Below, piece by piece: positions 37,223-46,383 of a stretch of 64,000 nucleotides of DNA. Location: positions 25,581 to 89,580 of the forward strand of contig JALHRM010000002.1 in NCBI GenBank assembly GCA_022841445.1, read 5' to 3'. The first letter of the stretch is position 1. Each line of letters begins with the position of its first letter. The position numbers and the translations under genes are program-made. A model generated the notes under the pieces. The model did no database searches. It was not told the origin of the DNA and saw nothing but the letters and a program-made list of their open reading frames with translations. This stretch comes from Candidatus Saccharimonadota bacterium (GTDB lineage Bacteria; Patescibacteriota; Saccharimonadia; Saccharimonadales; UBA10212).

Positions 37223-38164
37223 TTAGGATTTTTTTCGTAAGAGTGCCCGTACTGCTGGGGGTATTAGCGGAGCTGCTTCCTCCGCTGTGGCTACAACAGT
37301 CGGAACATGTGCCGATATGTCCGCTTTGCTCATACTAAAGTCTTTATATATAAGTCGCATGTGCTGTTCAACACTAGCATTGTCGAAATATCGATCGACA
37401 TCAACTGATATGTGATGTACTGCCAAATCAACATGCGTGCGAGGTAAACGCATATTCATAACTTCTAGTGCCGTATACATGTACGTACGAACTTCGTTGA
37501 CATGCCACAGTTTTATTTCAAATTCCAAAAGGTTTTCGTATTCTTCTTGACTCATGCCTTTGTATTTTGGATGATTAACTCTCCCACCGCCTATTTTATA
37601 GGCGAATCGTATCAATGTAGGATTTAATATGACATGTCGGAAGAACAAGGCAGGCAATCGGAATTTGAATACCCAGGCCGTGATGTACAGCATGATGTAG
37701 TTACGACGTTTGATGCGTAAATCATCTTTGTCGACAAAGCCGACCGCACTAATGAGGTGGTCAACTTTCTTTGCAATTTCTGGATACTTTTGCAACATCC
37801 TGGTCGTGACTGCAAAGGACAGGCTGAAGGATATTATACTGAAACGTCGGTTTTTGTATCGCAATTTGATAAATGCAGCCAGGTAGTCCGCCAATGTATC
37901 GACGTCCGGTTTTTCGCCAATTTTATAAAATGGCTCCATACCGCCAAAACCAGGGAGGTCTGGTAATGTAACATTACCGTATTGGCTAAGATTTTCAACC
38001 ACTCCATACATACGCTCTATGCTGGCATGGGAACCATACAGTAGCAGTATCTCTCTATTACGGTTCTTGTTTGAACTTGGCAATTTAAGCATGCGGCCGC
38101 TTAGGCCATTCATGTTGAGTGGCAGAATATAGTCAGCGATATTTTTAGAATGTTTGGTAGTCAT
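37223..38164 (-). CDS. alpha/beta-hydrolase-fold protein
   Basis: 313 aa. N-terminal LLLYGSHAS...LPDLPGFGGM pattern typical of the fold. No clear nucleophile elbow was identified by eye. Confidence 0.5.
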   Translation of the reverse strand: MTTKHSKNIADYILPLNMNGLSGRMLKLPSSNKNRNREILLLYGSHASIERMYGVVENLSQYGNVTLPDLPGFGGMEPFYKIGEKPDVDTLADYLAAFIKLRYKNRRFSIISFSLSFAVTTRMLQKYPEIAKKVDHLISAVGFVDKDDLRIKRRNYIMLYITAWVFKFRLPALFFRHVILNPTLIRFAYKIGGGRVNHPKYKGMSQEEYENLLEFEIKLWHVNEVRTYMYTALEVMNMRLPRTHVDLAVHHISVDVDRYFDNASVEQHMRLIYKDFSMSKADISAHVPTVVATAEEAAPLIPPAVRALLRKKS

Positions 38165-38217
38165 TAACGGTACTAGTATACCCGACCATCCTGCTTACGC
38201 GGAGTACGTAATTTGTA

Positions 38218-39135
38218 CTACTTCATTACTGCATCGACGCCAACCCAAACGTATTCCCAAGGTTCCGGTTCTGGACCTTGCTGAGCAGCACCCTCAGGAT
38301 AGCTTGGAATCCAGCCTGTTTTTTTAGCATTTTCATAATTATTCCTGCTTATCCAAGTAAAGCACGGGGATGTCACAAAGGCTTCTAAGCTGCCGTTGTT
38401 ACACTGCAAGTCAATTGTGTAGCCTGTGTGGTGTCTTGAATATCCTGGTAGAGCACTGGTAATCAATATAGCGTTTATGATGCTATCGGCCTGTCCGGAC
38501 GCGGCAGCGGCAGCTGTTCCCCCGGTGTCGTTATAGCGTGACACAAAAATACTGCGCTGTAATTGCGGCGAACGGTAACCGGAAACAATACGCAGTGGTA
38601 AGCCCTCGGAATTTGCCGCCGCTTTCAATAGTTTCCATCCTTCTAATGCTTTTTCTTGCAGTAAATCATCATCGCCAAGATTAGGATCACCGATTTTTAC
38701 AATCGGCGAAACAGGTATGCTACGCAATTTGTACCCGCGTTTCTCGGCAATTTGTCGCATACGATCATCCGCCGCTTCATTGCCAGTAATAGTGGGTGGC
38801 GTTTGAATTGCTGTTGTATTTGGATAGGCGATACTATCGTATAGTTCTTTGAATTGATCGGGTGTAAATACGGCTAGTTGTTTTGGTTTAGTATCGGCTT
38901 GTGTGCCAATCTCTGGCACGTTGTTTTTAGGCTCAGATTTTATGGAAGTACTGTTTGGGGCTTGCGCTTTCCCGGCGAGCACAATCACAACTGCAGCAAG
39001 CAACACAAACACCATGAAACAAAAAATTATGAATTTCCGCTTATGGCGTCGTTTCGGGGGGATTCTAGTCTCTTCGGTAATAGTTTCAAGCTCAGGCTTT
39101 TTAGGATTTATTGGTTCTATAACTCTCATAATCAA
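38218..39135 (-). CDS. VanY-type D-Ala-D-Ala carboxypeptidase (peptidase M15B), membrane anchored
   Basis: 305 aa. N-terminal TM helix, SGYRSPQLQ, SRHHTGYTIDL, and C-terminal EPWEY blocks. Confidence 0.8.
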   Translation of the reverse strand: MIMRVIEPINPKKPELETITEETRIPPKRRHKRKFIIFCFMVFVLLAAVVIVLAGKAQAPNSTSIKSEPKNNVPEIGTQADTKPKQLAVFTPDQFKELYDSIAYPNTTAIQTPPTITGNEAADDRMRQIAEKRGYKLRSIPVSPIVKIGDPNLGDDDLLQEKALEGWKLLKAAANSEGLPLRIVSGYRSPQLQRSIFVSRYNDTGGTAAAAASGQADSIINAILITSALPGYSRHHTGYTIDLQCNNGSLEAFVTSPCFTWISRNNYENAKKTGWIPSYPEGAAQQGPEPEPWEYVWVGVDAVMK

Positions 39136-39224
39136 GCACTAGTATAACTCACCGACACTGGTAAAAGGCAAGCTCCTTTGCTACCATACTACTGTCTTTG
39201 TTCGCGTAAATATATGATAAACAA

Positions 39225-39295
39225 TAGGGCGTGGCCAAGTGGTAAGGCACCAGCCATTTGCGACTTGTTGCAAACATATCACAAGTTGTCCTGGC
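39225..39295 (+). pseudogene. 5' fragment of a tRNA-Gln gene with a 31-nt insertion
   Basis: 39225-39253 is identical to the first 29 nt of the intact tRNA-Gln, and the 4 upstream nt (ACAA) are identical as well. A 31-nt hairpin-forming insert follows (39254-39284). The copy resumes with GTTGTCCTGGC (intact gene: GTTTTGGTCCTGGC). No T arm follows. Confidence 0.8.
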
Positions 39296-39346
39296 TGCCA
39301 GGCCGTAAAGACTCACGACTTTGAAAATTTACGCATGCACATACAA

Positions 39347-39421
39347 TAGGGCGTGGCCAAGTGGTAAGGCACCAGGTTTTGGTCCTGGCATTCGGGGGTT
39401 CGAATCCCTCCGCCCTAGCCA
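39347..39421 (+). tRNA. tRNA-Gln (anticodon TTG), CCA encoded
   Basis: Acceptor TAGGGCG/CGCCCTA (U1:A72), D arm GCC-AAGTGGTAA-GGC, anticodon stem CCAGG/CCTGG with loop TTTTGGT, T arm GGGGG-TTCGAAT-CCCTC. Confidence 0.9.
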
Positions 39422-39464
39422 AGGTTGGTAAATGGGCTGAAAGTCCGTTTATCAACCTTGTTTT
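39421..39464 (+). terminator. long-stem intrinsic terminator directly after tRNA-Gln
   Basis: 18-bp stem (AAGGTTGGTAAATGGGCT / AGTCCGTTTATCAACCTT, with some G-U pairs), GAA loop, then GTTTT. Confidence 0.6.
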
Positions 39465-39568
39465 AGTTGGAGGCATCGAAACTCGGGTGCAGCATTCGGG
39501 GTGAAAAATGCCAGTGGCATTTTGCAAGAAAGTCTTTTTATACTTGCAACTGGTTGCGAGTATAAAGT

Positions 39569-39613
39569 TTCGGGGTTGCCAAAGGTGACTCGAATCCCTC
39601 CGCCCTAGCCAAG
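39569..39613 (+). pseudogene. 3' fragment of a tRNA-Gln gene with a 12-nt insertion
   Basis: TTCGGGGTT, then a 12-nt insert, then TCGAATCCCTCCGCCCTAGCCAAG. The last 24 nt are identical to 39400-39423. A more decayed GCATTCGGGGT copy lies at 39492-39502. Confidence 0.75.
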
Positions 39614-39625
39614 TATTTTTTATAC

Positions 39626-39654
39626 TTGCTTATATGTCTTAATACTTGTATAAT
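39626..39654 (+). promoter_or_regulatory. candidate sigma70-type promoter
   Basis: TTGCTT, 17 nt, TATAAT. It covers the ORF-track TTG start (39646), which argues for a downstream start codon. Confidence 0.5.
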
Positions 39655-39681
39655 AATCTTTTGGTTTGGAGACATACACTG

Positions 39682-41679
39682 GTGACTGAAGCAGTTTTTG
39701 GTTCATACAAATTGGTAGACCGTTACGCGCCTAAAGAAGCTTTACGGGGCTGGAATGCAGATCAATTTCTTGAAGGCGGCCTGCAAGGCCATTTAGACTC
39801 TGACTTGGCTGTCAGACAGCCGGGCAATATAGATGGCTATATGTTAGCCACTCTCCCGCCAGAAGCCTTGCCTGAGCTCTATAGCCATACCGTATTCGTC
39901 CTGCCAGAGGAGGGAGCAAAGAGCATCGGCACCGTGCATCAGCTCCCCATCAAGACAGTTAAGGGACTGCACGGTTTTATTCATGATTCAGTTATTTCTA
40001 TTATGCGGTCTGCTGCTGCTAATGGCGACCGGGTAACCACGGTTTACGCCAATCAACATGTGGGTCAGAACGAAGTGAACGGCCATCCTTTTAATAGCAC
40101 CTTGCTGCCCGTTCATTTTCATGTGTTCTCATACGATCAGGATGGTTTAGAAGATTATCCCGACAGGTTTCACAGGCTGGATTCATCGATTACTCAAAAC
40201 AGTTTTAATAAACACCTCCTACGAGACTCTTTGTTTCCGTTAATGGAGGATATTATCCAGCATGATCTTGCCGAACTTGACGTAGAAGTTTCACAAAATA
40301 AAAAGGGTGGGTCATTTGCGATATCAATCGGAACAACAGCTGACGAAGTATTTACTGAAAGAGAAATTGTAACTATTCGCGAGGTTAGCGCCTTGTGGGA
40401 ACTAAGAACCCAGGAACTGACAGATTGCTTCACTGATGGAGAAATCGAAGAAGCAACTGGTCGACCAACACTTTTGGGTGATGACATTATTCTTGAACGG
40501 GTAGAGGACTTCATAGGAAGGTCTGAATTCCTTGGGGAAAAGTCTATTCGATTACTTAGATTCCTTGCCAAGCACATCAAGGACGCCGATGAGGTCGATA
40601 TCTGGAGTTGGTTTTTCAAAGGACAAGCTGGTTGTATCGCATGGGAATTTGACTTTAAGACTAACAAACGTCGCATTATTCTTGCACCGCGTAGCCAGGT
40701 CGTACGATCAAAAAACTGGGCAGTATTACCAGACGGGGCCTCGCATATCGTGATAAAAGATAAGAATACTACTTTGCCACCAGAAACAACACAAGAGATT
40801 CTCGATTTTCAGCGTGGAGTAAATAGACAACTAAAAGCAATTATCGACAAACGATCCATAGTACGCGAAACACCGGATATTCACAGTAACCAGGGCGATG
40901 TATGGATTGGCGATCACACGGTTGTTAAACGATTTAGGTTTAGTGACGATCTCGCAAGGGAAGAGGCTGCACTAATATGGCTACAATCAGGACATCCAGG
41001 TATTGCACCAAAGCTTGTTTCATCAGCAGCCGAAGAAGGCCTGCTAGAAATGGAAAACGCTGGCAAAAGCTGGAAGCAAACAAATAAAAGAGATATTGGC
41101 GAGCTTATCAAGCACTTAACTCCTTTGTGGTTGGCCTTTGAGGCACCGACTTTTCCATCGAGCCTCATTGGCCAGGATATGATCAACTTGAGAATGCAGT
41201 TGTTCAACGAACAGGTGCTTTCTACTATTGCCGATGATAGCCTTAGGGAAAAAGCACGAAAGTGCATGGAGGATGTACTGGCTGCGCTATCTAGAACATC
41301 TCCAGGTATAGCTCATGTTGATGTCTCGCCGAACAATATATGCACTGACAGCAAGGGAAAAATCCGCGTTATTGATTGGTCTCGTGCAGCCTATACGTAC
41401 CCCATTATTGATATAGCAATGATCGCAGAAACATTTGGTCGCATGGTGCGTAGTGATAATGGCATTGAAATAGAATCCGAACTATGCGAATTAATTGATG
41501 CCTTGCCATTTTGCAAAGGGAATGAGGGGTTGATAAAATGCCTAGCCCTGGCCTTCGATATAAAAAAAGGAATTACGGGTCGCAGTAAGCCAAAATATAG
41601 TGACGATGAGGTAAACCGCCGACTTGAAACATTTATCAATATCGCACAGCATCACATGGCGCTGTCTATAGCTGCTTAA
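39682..41679 (+). CDS. two-part protein: uncharacterised N-terminal region (~420 aa) fused to an APH/choline-kinase-fold phosphotransferase domain
   Basis: C-terminus: IAHVDVSPNNI (HxDxxxxN) and IRVIDWSRAAY...PIIDIA. N-terminus: no family recognised; it contains LLPVHFHVFSY. GTG 39682 with GGAG 10 nt upstream was chosen, but the start is uncertain. Confidence 0.65.
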   Translation: MTEAVFGSYKLVDRYAPKEALRGWNADQFLEGGLQGHLDSDLAVRQPGNIDGYMLATLPPEALPELYSHTVFVLPEEGAKSIGTVHQLPIKTVKGLHGFIHDSVISIMRSAAANGDRVTTVYANQHVGQNEVNGHPFNSTLLPVHFHVFSYDQDGLEDYPDRFHRLDSSITQNSFNKHLLRDSLFPLMEDIIQHDLAELDVEVSQNKKGGSFAISIGTTADEVFTEREIVTIREVSALWELRTQELTDCFTDGEIEEATGRPTLLGDDIILERVEDFIGRSEFLGEKSIRLLRFLAKHIKDADEVDIWSWFFKGQAGCIAWEFDFKTNKRRIILAPRSQVVRSKNWAVLPDGASHIVIKDKNTTLPPETTQEILDFQRGVNRQLKAIIDKRSIVRETPDIHSNQGDVWIGDHTVVKRFRFSDDLAREEAALIWLQSGHPGIAPKLVSSAAEEGLLEMENAGKSWKQTNKRDIGELIKHLTPLWLAFEAPTFPSSLIGQDMINLRMQLFNEQVLSTIADDSLREKARKCMEDVLAALSRTSPGIAHVDVSPNNICTDSKGKIRVIDWSRAAYTYPIIDIAMIAETFGRMVRSDNGIEIESELCELIDALPFCKGNEGLIKCLALAFDIKKGITGRSKPKYSDDEVNRRLETFINIAQHHMALSIAA

Positions 41680-41725
41680 CTCTATATATTTATTCCCTTG
41701 TATCTAACTCTGTTACCATATTGCT

Positions 41726-42823
41726 ATGTCTAAAAAACTTTCCTACCACAAAATTGTTAATTATGATGTTGCCGATCCAGCCAAAGTGCTTGCCCAAAAA
41801 GAGGGTCGAGCTACTGCAAGCAACATGCCTTTCGGGTATAGTGAACTAGAAGGTACCCGAGGTGAATCTGCCTATGTGTTTGATATGGGCGATAGATATG
41901 GTGCGCTCGTGCAAGAGGGGCTCGGCACCAAAAGCTTAGTTGCCCAAGCCGTATATGCCCAGACAGGCGAATCTCATTTTGCCGCCATTGCCAAAGATAC
42001 AGTTTCTACCTTTATAAATGACCTGGTGAGCGTTGGTGCAACCCCAGTAGTTAGTAATGCATATTGGTCCTCTAGTTCTTACGACTGGCTAGCCGATAAA
42101 AAACTTACTACTGACTTTATTAGGGGTTGGCGAGCCGCTTGTGATGAAGCAGGTGTAGTCTGGGGCGGGGGGGAAACCCAAGCGTTATCCCAGATGGTAG
42201 TTGATGGCGCTTTGGAGTTTGCCGGGTCTGTCTTTGGAGTTATAAGTCCTAAAACACAGCTTGTTACTGAAAAAAATCTAAAGGCTGGCGACGCTATCAT
42301 TGTCGTAGAATCTAGTGGTGTGCATGCTAATGGCCTCAGCCTTATCCGTGAAATAGCCTCTCAACTACCAGACAGCTACCAAACGAAATTGCCGAGTGGC
42401 ATCACATTTGGTGAAGCCGTGCTTCGACCGACACATCTTTACGCAAAGTTAGTGCGAGCATTATTTGCTGCAGATATAGACGTACACTATTTATCGAATA
42501 TTACTGGTCACGGATGGCGCAAACTTATGCGGGCTACTTCAACATTTACTTATCGGATAACGAACCTGCCAGATGTCGATGAAATATTCCCATTTATTCA
42601 AAAATATTCTGGCAATACTACAGAGGAAATGTATAGCAATTACAACATGGGGGCTGGCTACGCTATTTACATTAAACATGGTGAGGAGCTAAGAGCAACC
42701 GAAGTAATTACCGCGCTTGGGCTGAAGTGCTGGGTTGCCGGAAGAGTGGAAGAAGGTGAAAAGCAAGTCATCATTGAACCGCTAGAAATTACATTTGCCA
42801 GTGAAAGTCTCGCCGTTCGCTAA
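41726..42823 (+). CDS. PurM-family protein (AIR synthase-like, divergent)
   Basis: Colinear by eye with E. coli PurM: EGLGTK (DGVGTK), INDLVSVGA, GGGETQ (GGETAEM), ESSGVHANGLSLIRE (SSGPHSNGYSLVRK), NITGHGW (HLTGGGF), YNMGAGY (FNCGVGM). Confidence 0.65.
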   Translation: MSKKLSYHKIVNYDVADPAKVLAQKEGRATASNMPFGYSELEGTRGESAYVFDMGDRYGALVQEGLGTKSLVAQAVYAQTGESHFAAIAKDTVSTFINDLVSVGATPVVSNAYWSSSSYDWLADKKLTTDFIRGWRAACDEAGVVWGGGETQALSQMVVDGALEFAGSVFGVISPKTQLVTEKNLKAGDAIIVVESSGVHANGLSLIREIASQLPDSYQTKLPSGITFGEAVLRPTHLYAKLVRALFAADIDVHYLSNITGHGWRKLMRATSTFTYRITNLPDVDEIFPFIQKYSGNTTEEMYSNYNMGAGYAIYIKHGEELRATEVITALGLKCWVAGRVEEGEKQVIIEPLEITFASESLAVR

Positions 42824-44229
42824 ATCTCGGTTTTCCATTTTTTAGCTATCATCAGTGCCTTTTGCTCGGCGATACCGTGATAGTGTTGCTGCGGACTTTC
42901 GATGACTGATTTTTCTTGAGCGGTGAACTTTTGCCACAAATGCGACACGGTTTCGTCTGTGGACACCACTTCGTGAAGCGACTTACCGGACTCTAAAGCC
43001 TTGTGTGCAAGGGCCTTGGATGTTTCATGAGCTGACGCAAGACCATATTTAGTAAAAAGCAGATACAGTGGTTCTGCTGCAATCGCACCGCCGAGTAGGT
43101 TCAGATTACGCTGCATAGCATCTTTATCGACTTCCAAGCCAGACATAATCCGCTGCAATCGCACCGCCATTTCAGCACAAACTGCTAAGGCGATACTATA
43201 AAATCGAGCAGCCGCAGAATCAGTCAAGTCGCGTTGATGCTCGCTGGTAAGATTAAGGTTTGCGTTTACCAGTTGAGCAGTAAGTTGTTTGTTCATGCTG
43301 ACCACGTTCTCAAAATTCCAAGGATTACGTTTGTGAGCCATAGTAGAACTGCCAGTTTGACCTTTTTCAAATCTTTCGGCGACTTCGGCAATTTCGCTGC
43401 GTTGCAAATGTCGCATGTCATGGGCGAGGTTAGCCATAATTCCACCTGCAATTTGAATTTCGTCAATCAGTCGAACCACATACTCGGGAGGGATGACTTG
43501 AGTTGAATAGGGCGCAGGTTTGAGTCCAAGTGGCTCAAGCACATCGTGTTCAAAACCAACTGGGTCGTCAATGAACATGTCTAGCGCATTGTAAGCGCCC
43601 ACAGCACCAGAAAACTTACCAGGAAGCTCATCTGCCAGCGCCAATAAGGCATTACGGCTTACTCCAATGCGCTCGACATACTCGGCCATAGCAAAACCGA
43701 AGGTTACTGGTACGGCATGCTGGCCATGCGTTCGGCCAACCTGAAGCGTCGCGGCGTGCTTTTCGGTTAAATCTATGAGCGTGGCAAGCAATGCATCAAG
43801 TCTTGGGATAATGAGACCTGTTACCGCGTTTTTTAGTTGCAGGGAAGATGCTGTCGCCACAATATCGTAAGAAGTTGCACCAAAATGCACGTATGCAGCG
43901 GCGTCCTTGCCCGCCAGATTCTTCAAGCAGTTTACCAGCGCCTTTATGTCATGCTTGGTAGTTTTTTCTTCTTCATACACGTCAGCAGGCGACAATTTGA
44001 GAGCAGCCTGCTCAATCGCCATAGCATCAGTCATGCTGCAAATTTTGTGCTTGGCGAGTCCAAATGCCAAAGCAACTTCGACGTGTGCCTGGTAGGCGAT
44101 ACGCGTTGCCTCCGAAAGATATTTTGTGGTTTCGGCATCATAGTACCGTCCGTCCAGTGGGTCAATGCTGTTACCATCAAATGTCTTACTTGGGAGTACC
44201 GGGAGCTTGAAGGGCTTCATGGAATGCAT
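42820..44229 (-). CDS. purB: adenylosuccinate lyase
   Basis: 469 aa. Fumarate-lyase signature GSSTMAHKRNP and the PurB-type N-terminus (PLDGRY). Confidence 0.88.
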   Translation of the reverse strand: MHSMKPFKLPVLPSKTFDGNSIDPLDGRYYDAETTKYLSEATRIAYQAHVEVALAFGLAKHKICSMTDAMAIEQAALKLSPADVYEEEKTTKHDIKALVNCLKNLAGKDAAAYVHFGATSYDIVATASSLQLKNAVTGLIIPRLDALLATLIDLTEKHAATLQVGRTHGQHAVPVTFGFAMAEYVERIGVSRNALLALADELPGKFSGAVGAYNALDMFIDDPVGFEHDVLEPLGLKPAPYSTQVIPPEYVVRLIDEIQIAGGIMANLAHDMRHLQRSEIAEVAERFEKGQTGSSTMAHKRNPWNFENVVSMNKQLTAQLVNANLNLTSEHQRDLTDSAAARFYSIALAVCAEMAVRLQRIMSGLEVDKDAMQRNLNLLGGAIAAEPLYLLFTKYGLASAHETSKALAHKALESGKSLHEVVSTDETVSHLWQKFTAQEKSVIESPQQHYHGIAEQKALMIAKKWKTEI

Positions 44230-44231
44230 TT

Positions 44232-45197
44232 TTACTTCTCCTTACGATTTATAAGTGCTTGCTCGATGTTAATTTTGATTCGTTCCATAGGATCTTTACT
44301 GTAATCTGCAGGTACAAATTGTTCACCAGTTAACACCTCATACAGTTCTATGTAACGATTGGACACGTTTTGAATAAATTCATCGCTCAACTGCGGAACT
44401 TTCTGCTCCGGCTGCCCGCTAAATCCTTCCGTAAGCAACCATTCTCGGACAAATTCTTTAGACAGATGACGAGGCGTTTCAGTTGTCTTACCAATAACAA
44501 AATCATTGTAACTATCCCCGTAAAAATAGCGTGATGAATCGGGGGTATGTATTTCGTCTATGACGTGCAGAGTGGAGTCCAGTGTACCAAACTCATATTT
44601 AGTGTCTGCTAAGTACAAGCCTCGGCGAGCAGCCATTTGCTGAGCTTGTGCAAATAATTTTAAGGCGACATCGGCTATTTCTTCCCATTGTTCGTAGGTG
44701 GCGAGCCCGGTGCTAACAACGTCATTAGCACTTATATCTTCGTCATGGCCTGCTTCGGCCTTAGTTGCCGGGGTTATTATGGGTGAGTTGAAGCGATCGT
44801 ATTGCTTCATGCCATCAGGCATCGATACGCCACAAAGTTCACGTTTGCCGCTGGTGTATTCTCGCCAGGCATGACCTACCAAACAATCTCGTACAACAAC
44901 TTCAACTTTAAACGGCTTACAAAGGTGACCAATGGAAACATTGGGGTCAGGAGTAGCAATTAACCAATTCGGAACGATGTTTGATGAGGCCGTCAGAAAA
45001 TAGGCCGCTAACTGATTCAGTACTTGGCCTTTATGAGGAATTGGACGCGGTAGGATCACATCAAATGCTGATATACGGTCGGTCGCTACCATCACAAGTA
45101 TACCGTCGAATTCATAAACATCTCGAACTTTACCGTGGTAGACATTTTTTTGACCGGCAAATCGAAAATCAGTCTGTGAGATAGTGGAAATACTCAT
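44232..45197 (-). CDS. purC: SAICAR synthetase
   Basis: 321 aa (long form). YHGKVRDVY, DRISAFD and LADTKYEFG blocks. Confidence 0.88.
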   Translation of the reverse strand: MSISTISQTDFRFAGQKNVYHGKVRDVYEFDGILVMVATDRISAFDVILPRPIPHKGQVLNQLAAYFLTASSNIVPNWLIATPDPNVSIGHLCKPFKVEVVVRDCLVGHAWREYTSGKRELCGVSMPDGMKQYDRFNSPIITPATKAEAGHDEDISANDVVSTGLATYEQWEEIADVALKLFAQAQQMAARRGLYLADTKYEFGTLDSTLHVIDEIHTPDSSRYFYGDSYNDFVIGKTTETPRHLSKEFVREWLLTEGFSGQPEQKVPQLSDEFIQNVSNRYIELYEVLTGEQFVPADYSKDPMERIKINIEQALINRKEK

Positions 45198-45240
45198 ATA
45201 TTCAACTCTTATTGTAGCTGGGAGTCAAAAAAGTTACTAT

Positions 45241-46383
45241 ATGCTAAAGATGAATAGCGTTCAGGTAATTGGAATTGTTGGTGGCGGACAGCTTGGCCGC
45301 ATGCTAACACTTGCGGCAAAGCCACTTGGTTTTGATGTCGTTGTTGTAGATCCAGGTGATAATTGTCCGGCGGCCCAAGTAGGGGCAAAACAAATACAGG
45401 CTGATTTGTACGACGAAAACGCACTTAGCGAATTATCAGAAAGAGCCGACTACATCACCGTAGAAATAGAGCACCTCGACGCCAATGTTCTTGAACGGCT
45501 CGCTCGCGGCGGTGCCAAGATTAATCCATCGCCAAAGACCATTAGTCTCATCCAAGATAAGTACGAACAGAAAGTATTTTTAGCAGAACGAAGTATACCG
45601 GTCGCGGAGTTCACTATAGTCAACAGCCAAAAAGACGCTACCCAAGCATTGAGCAACTTCGGGGGTGTAATGCTGCTAAAGACAAGACACGGGGCATACG
45701 ATGGCAGAGGCAACACTAAAATTACTAACGCATCAGAACTTGATGCAGCCCTAGCCGAGTTTGGTAGCAAAACGCTGTATGCAGAAGCCTACGTACCCTT
45801 CGTAAAAGAGTTGGCCGTCATGGTAGCTCGAGATATGAACGGCAATGTTGCTACATACCCGATTGTTGAAACTACTCATGAGCGCAACATTTGTACGATA
45901 GTTCAAGCGCCGGCTAACATCTCAAACTCAATAAATAATCAAGCTATAGAAGTCGCTACAAATGTCGCAAATCAACTGGAAGGCGCGGGAGTATTTGGAA
46001 TTGAGATGTTTCTCAATAAACAAGAGGAGATTCTGATTAACGAAATTGCTCCGAGAGTGCACAATTCCGGCCATTACACGATGGATGCCTGCTATACCTC
46101 ACAGTTCGAACAACACATCCGGGCAATCAGCGGGTTACCGCTCGGCTCTTCGGCAATGTACGTGCCTGCAGCTGCCATGATTAATATTCTCGGTGAGCAT
46201 GACCGACCGACTGTCGTCAAAAACCTCAAAGAAGTCCTGAGCAAACCAGCTACTCATGTGCATTTGTATGGTAAATCACCAACAAAAGTAGACCGTAAGA
46301 TGGGGCATATAAACGTAACTGCAATTAACGCTGAAACAGCTTTGAAAGTAGCCAAAGCAGCAAGAAACAAACTGGAGATATAA
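45241..46383 (+). CDS. purK: N5-carboxyaminoimidazole ribonucleotide synthase
   Basis: IGIVGGGQLGRML N-terminus and ATP-grasp blocks. The ORF-track start 45184 overlaps purC, so ATG 45241 or 45250 is preferred. Confidence 0.85.
   Translation: MLKMNSVQVIGIVGGGQLGRMLTLAAKPLGFDVVVVDPGDNCPAAQVGAKQIQADLYDENALSELSERADYITVEIEHLDANVLERLARGGAKINPSPKTISLIQDKYEQKVFLAERSIPVAEFTIVNSQKDATQALSNFGGVMLLKTRHGAYDGRGNTKITNASELDAALAEFGSKTLYAEAYVPFVKELAVMVARDMNGNVATYPIVETTHERNICTIVQAPANISNSINNQAIEVATNVANQLEGAGVFGIEMFLNKQEEILINEIAPRVHNSGHYTMDACYTSQFEQHIRAISGLPLGSSAMYVPAAAMINILGEHDRPTVVKNLKEVLSKPATHVHLYGKSPTKVDRKMGHINVTAINAETALKVAKAARNKLEI

Noticed and set aside
39279-39527. 82-aa minus-strand ORF.
   Set aside because: It is antisense to the intact tRNA-Gln and its terminator hairpin.
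39225-39613. The outer tRNA-Gln fragments might form a functional split or intron-containing tRNA (group I intron or bulge-helix-bulge intron), with the inner tRNA as intron cargo.
   Set aside because: Joining the fragments leaves a shortened, non-canonical anticodon loop (GTTGT instead of TTTTGGT) and a T arm disrupted by 12 nt. I see no BHB motif at the junctions and no group I core helices. Decay products are more likely.
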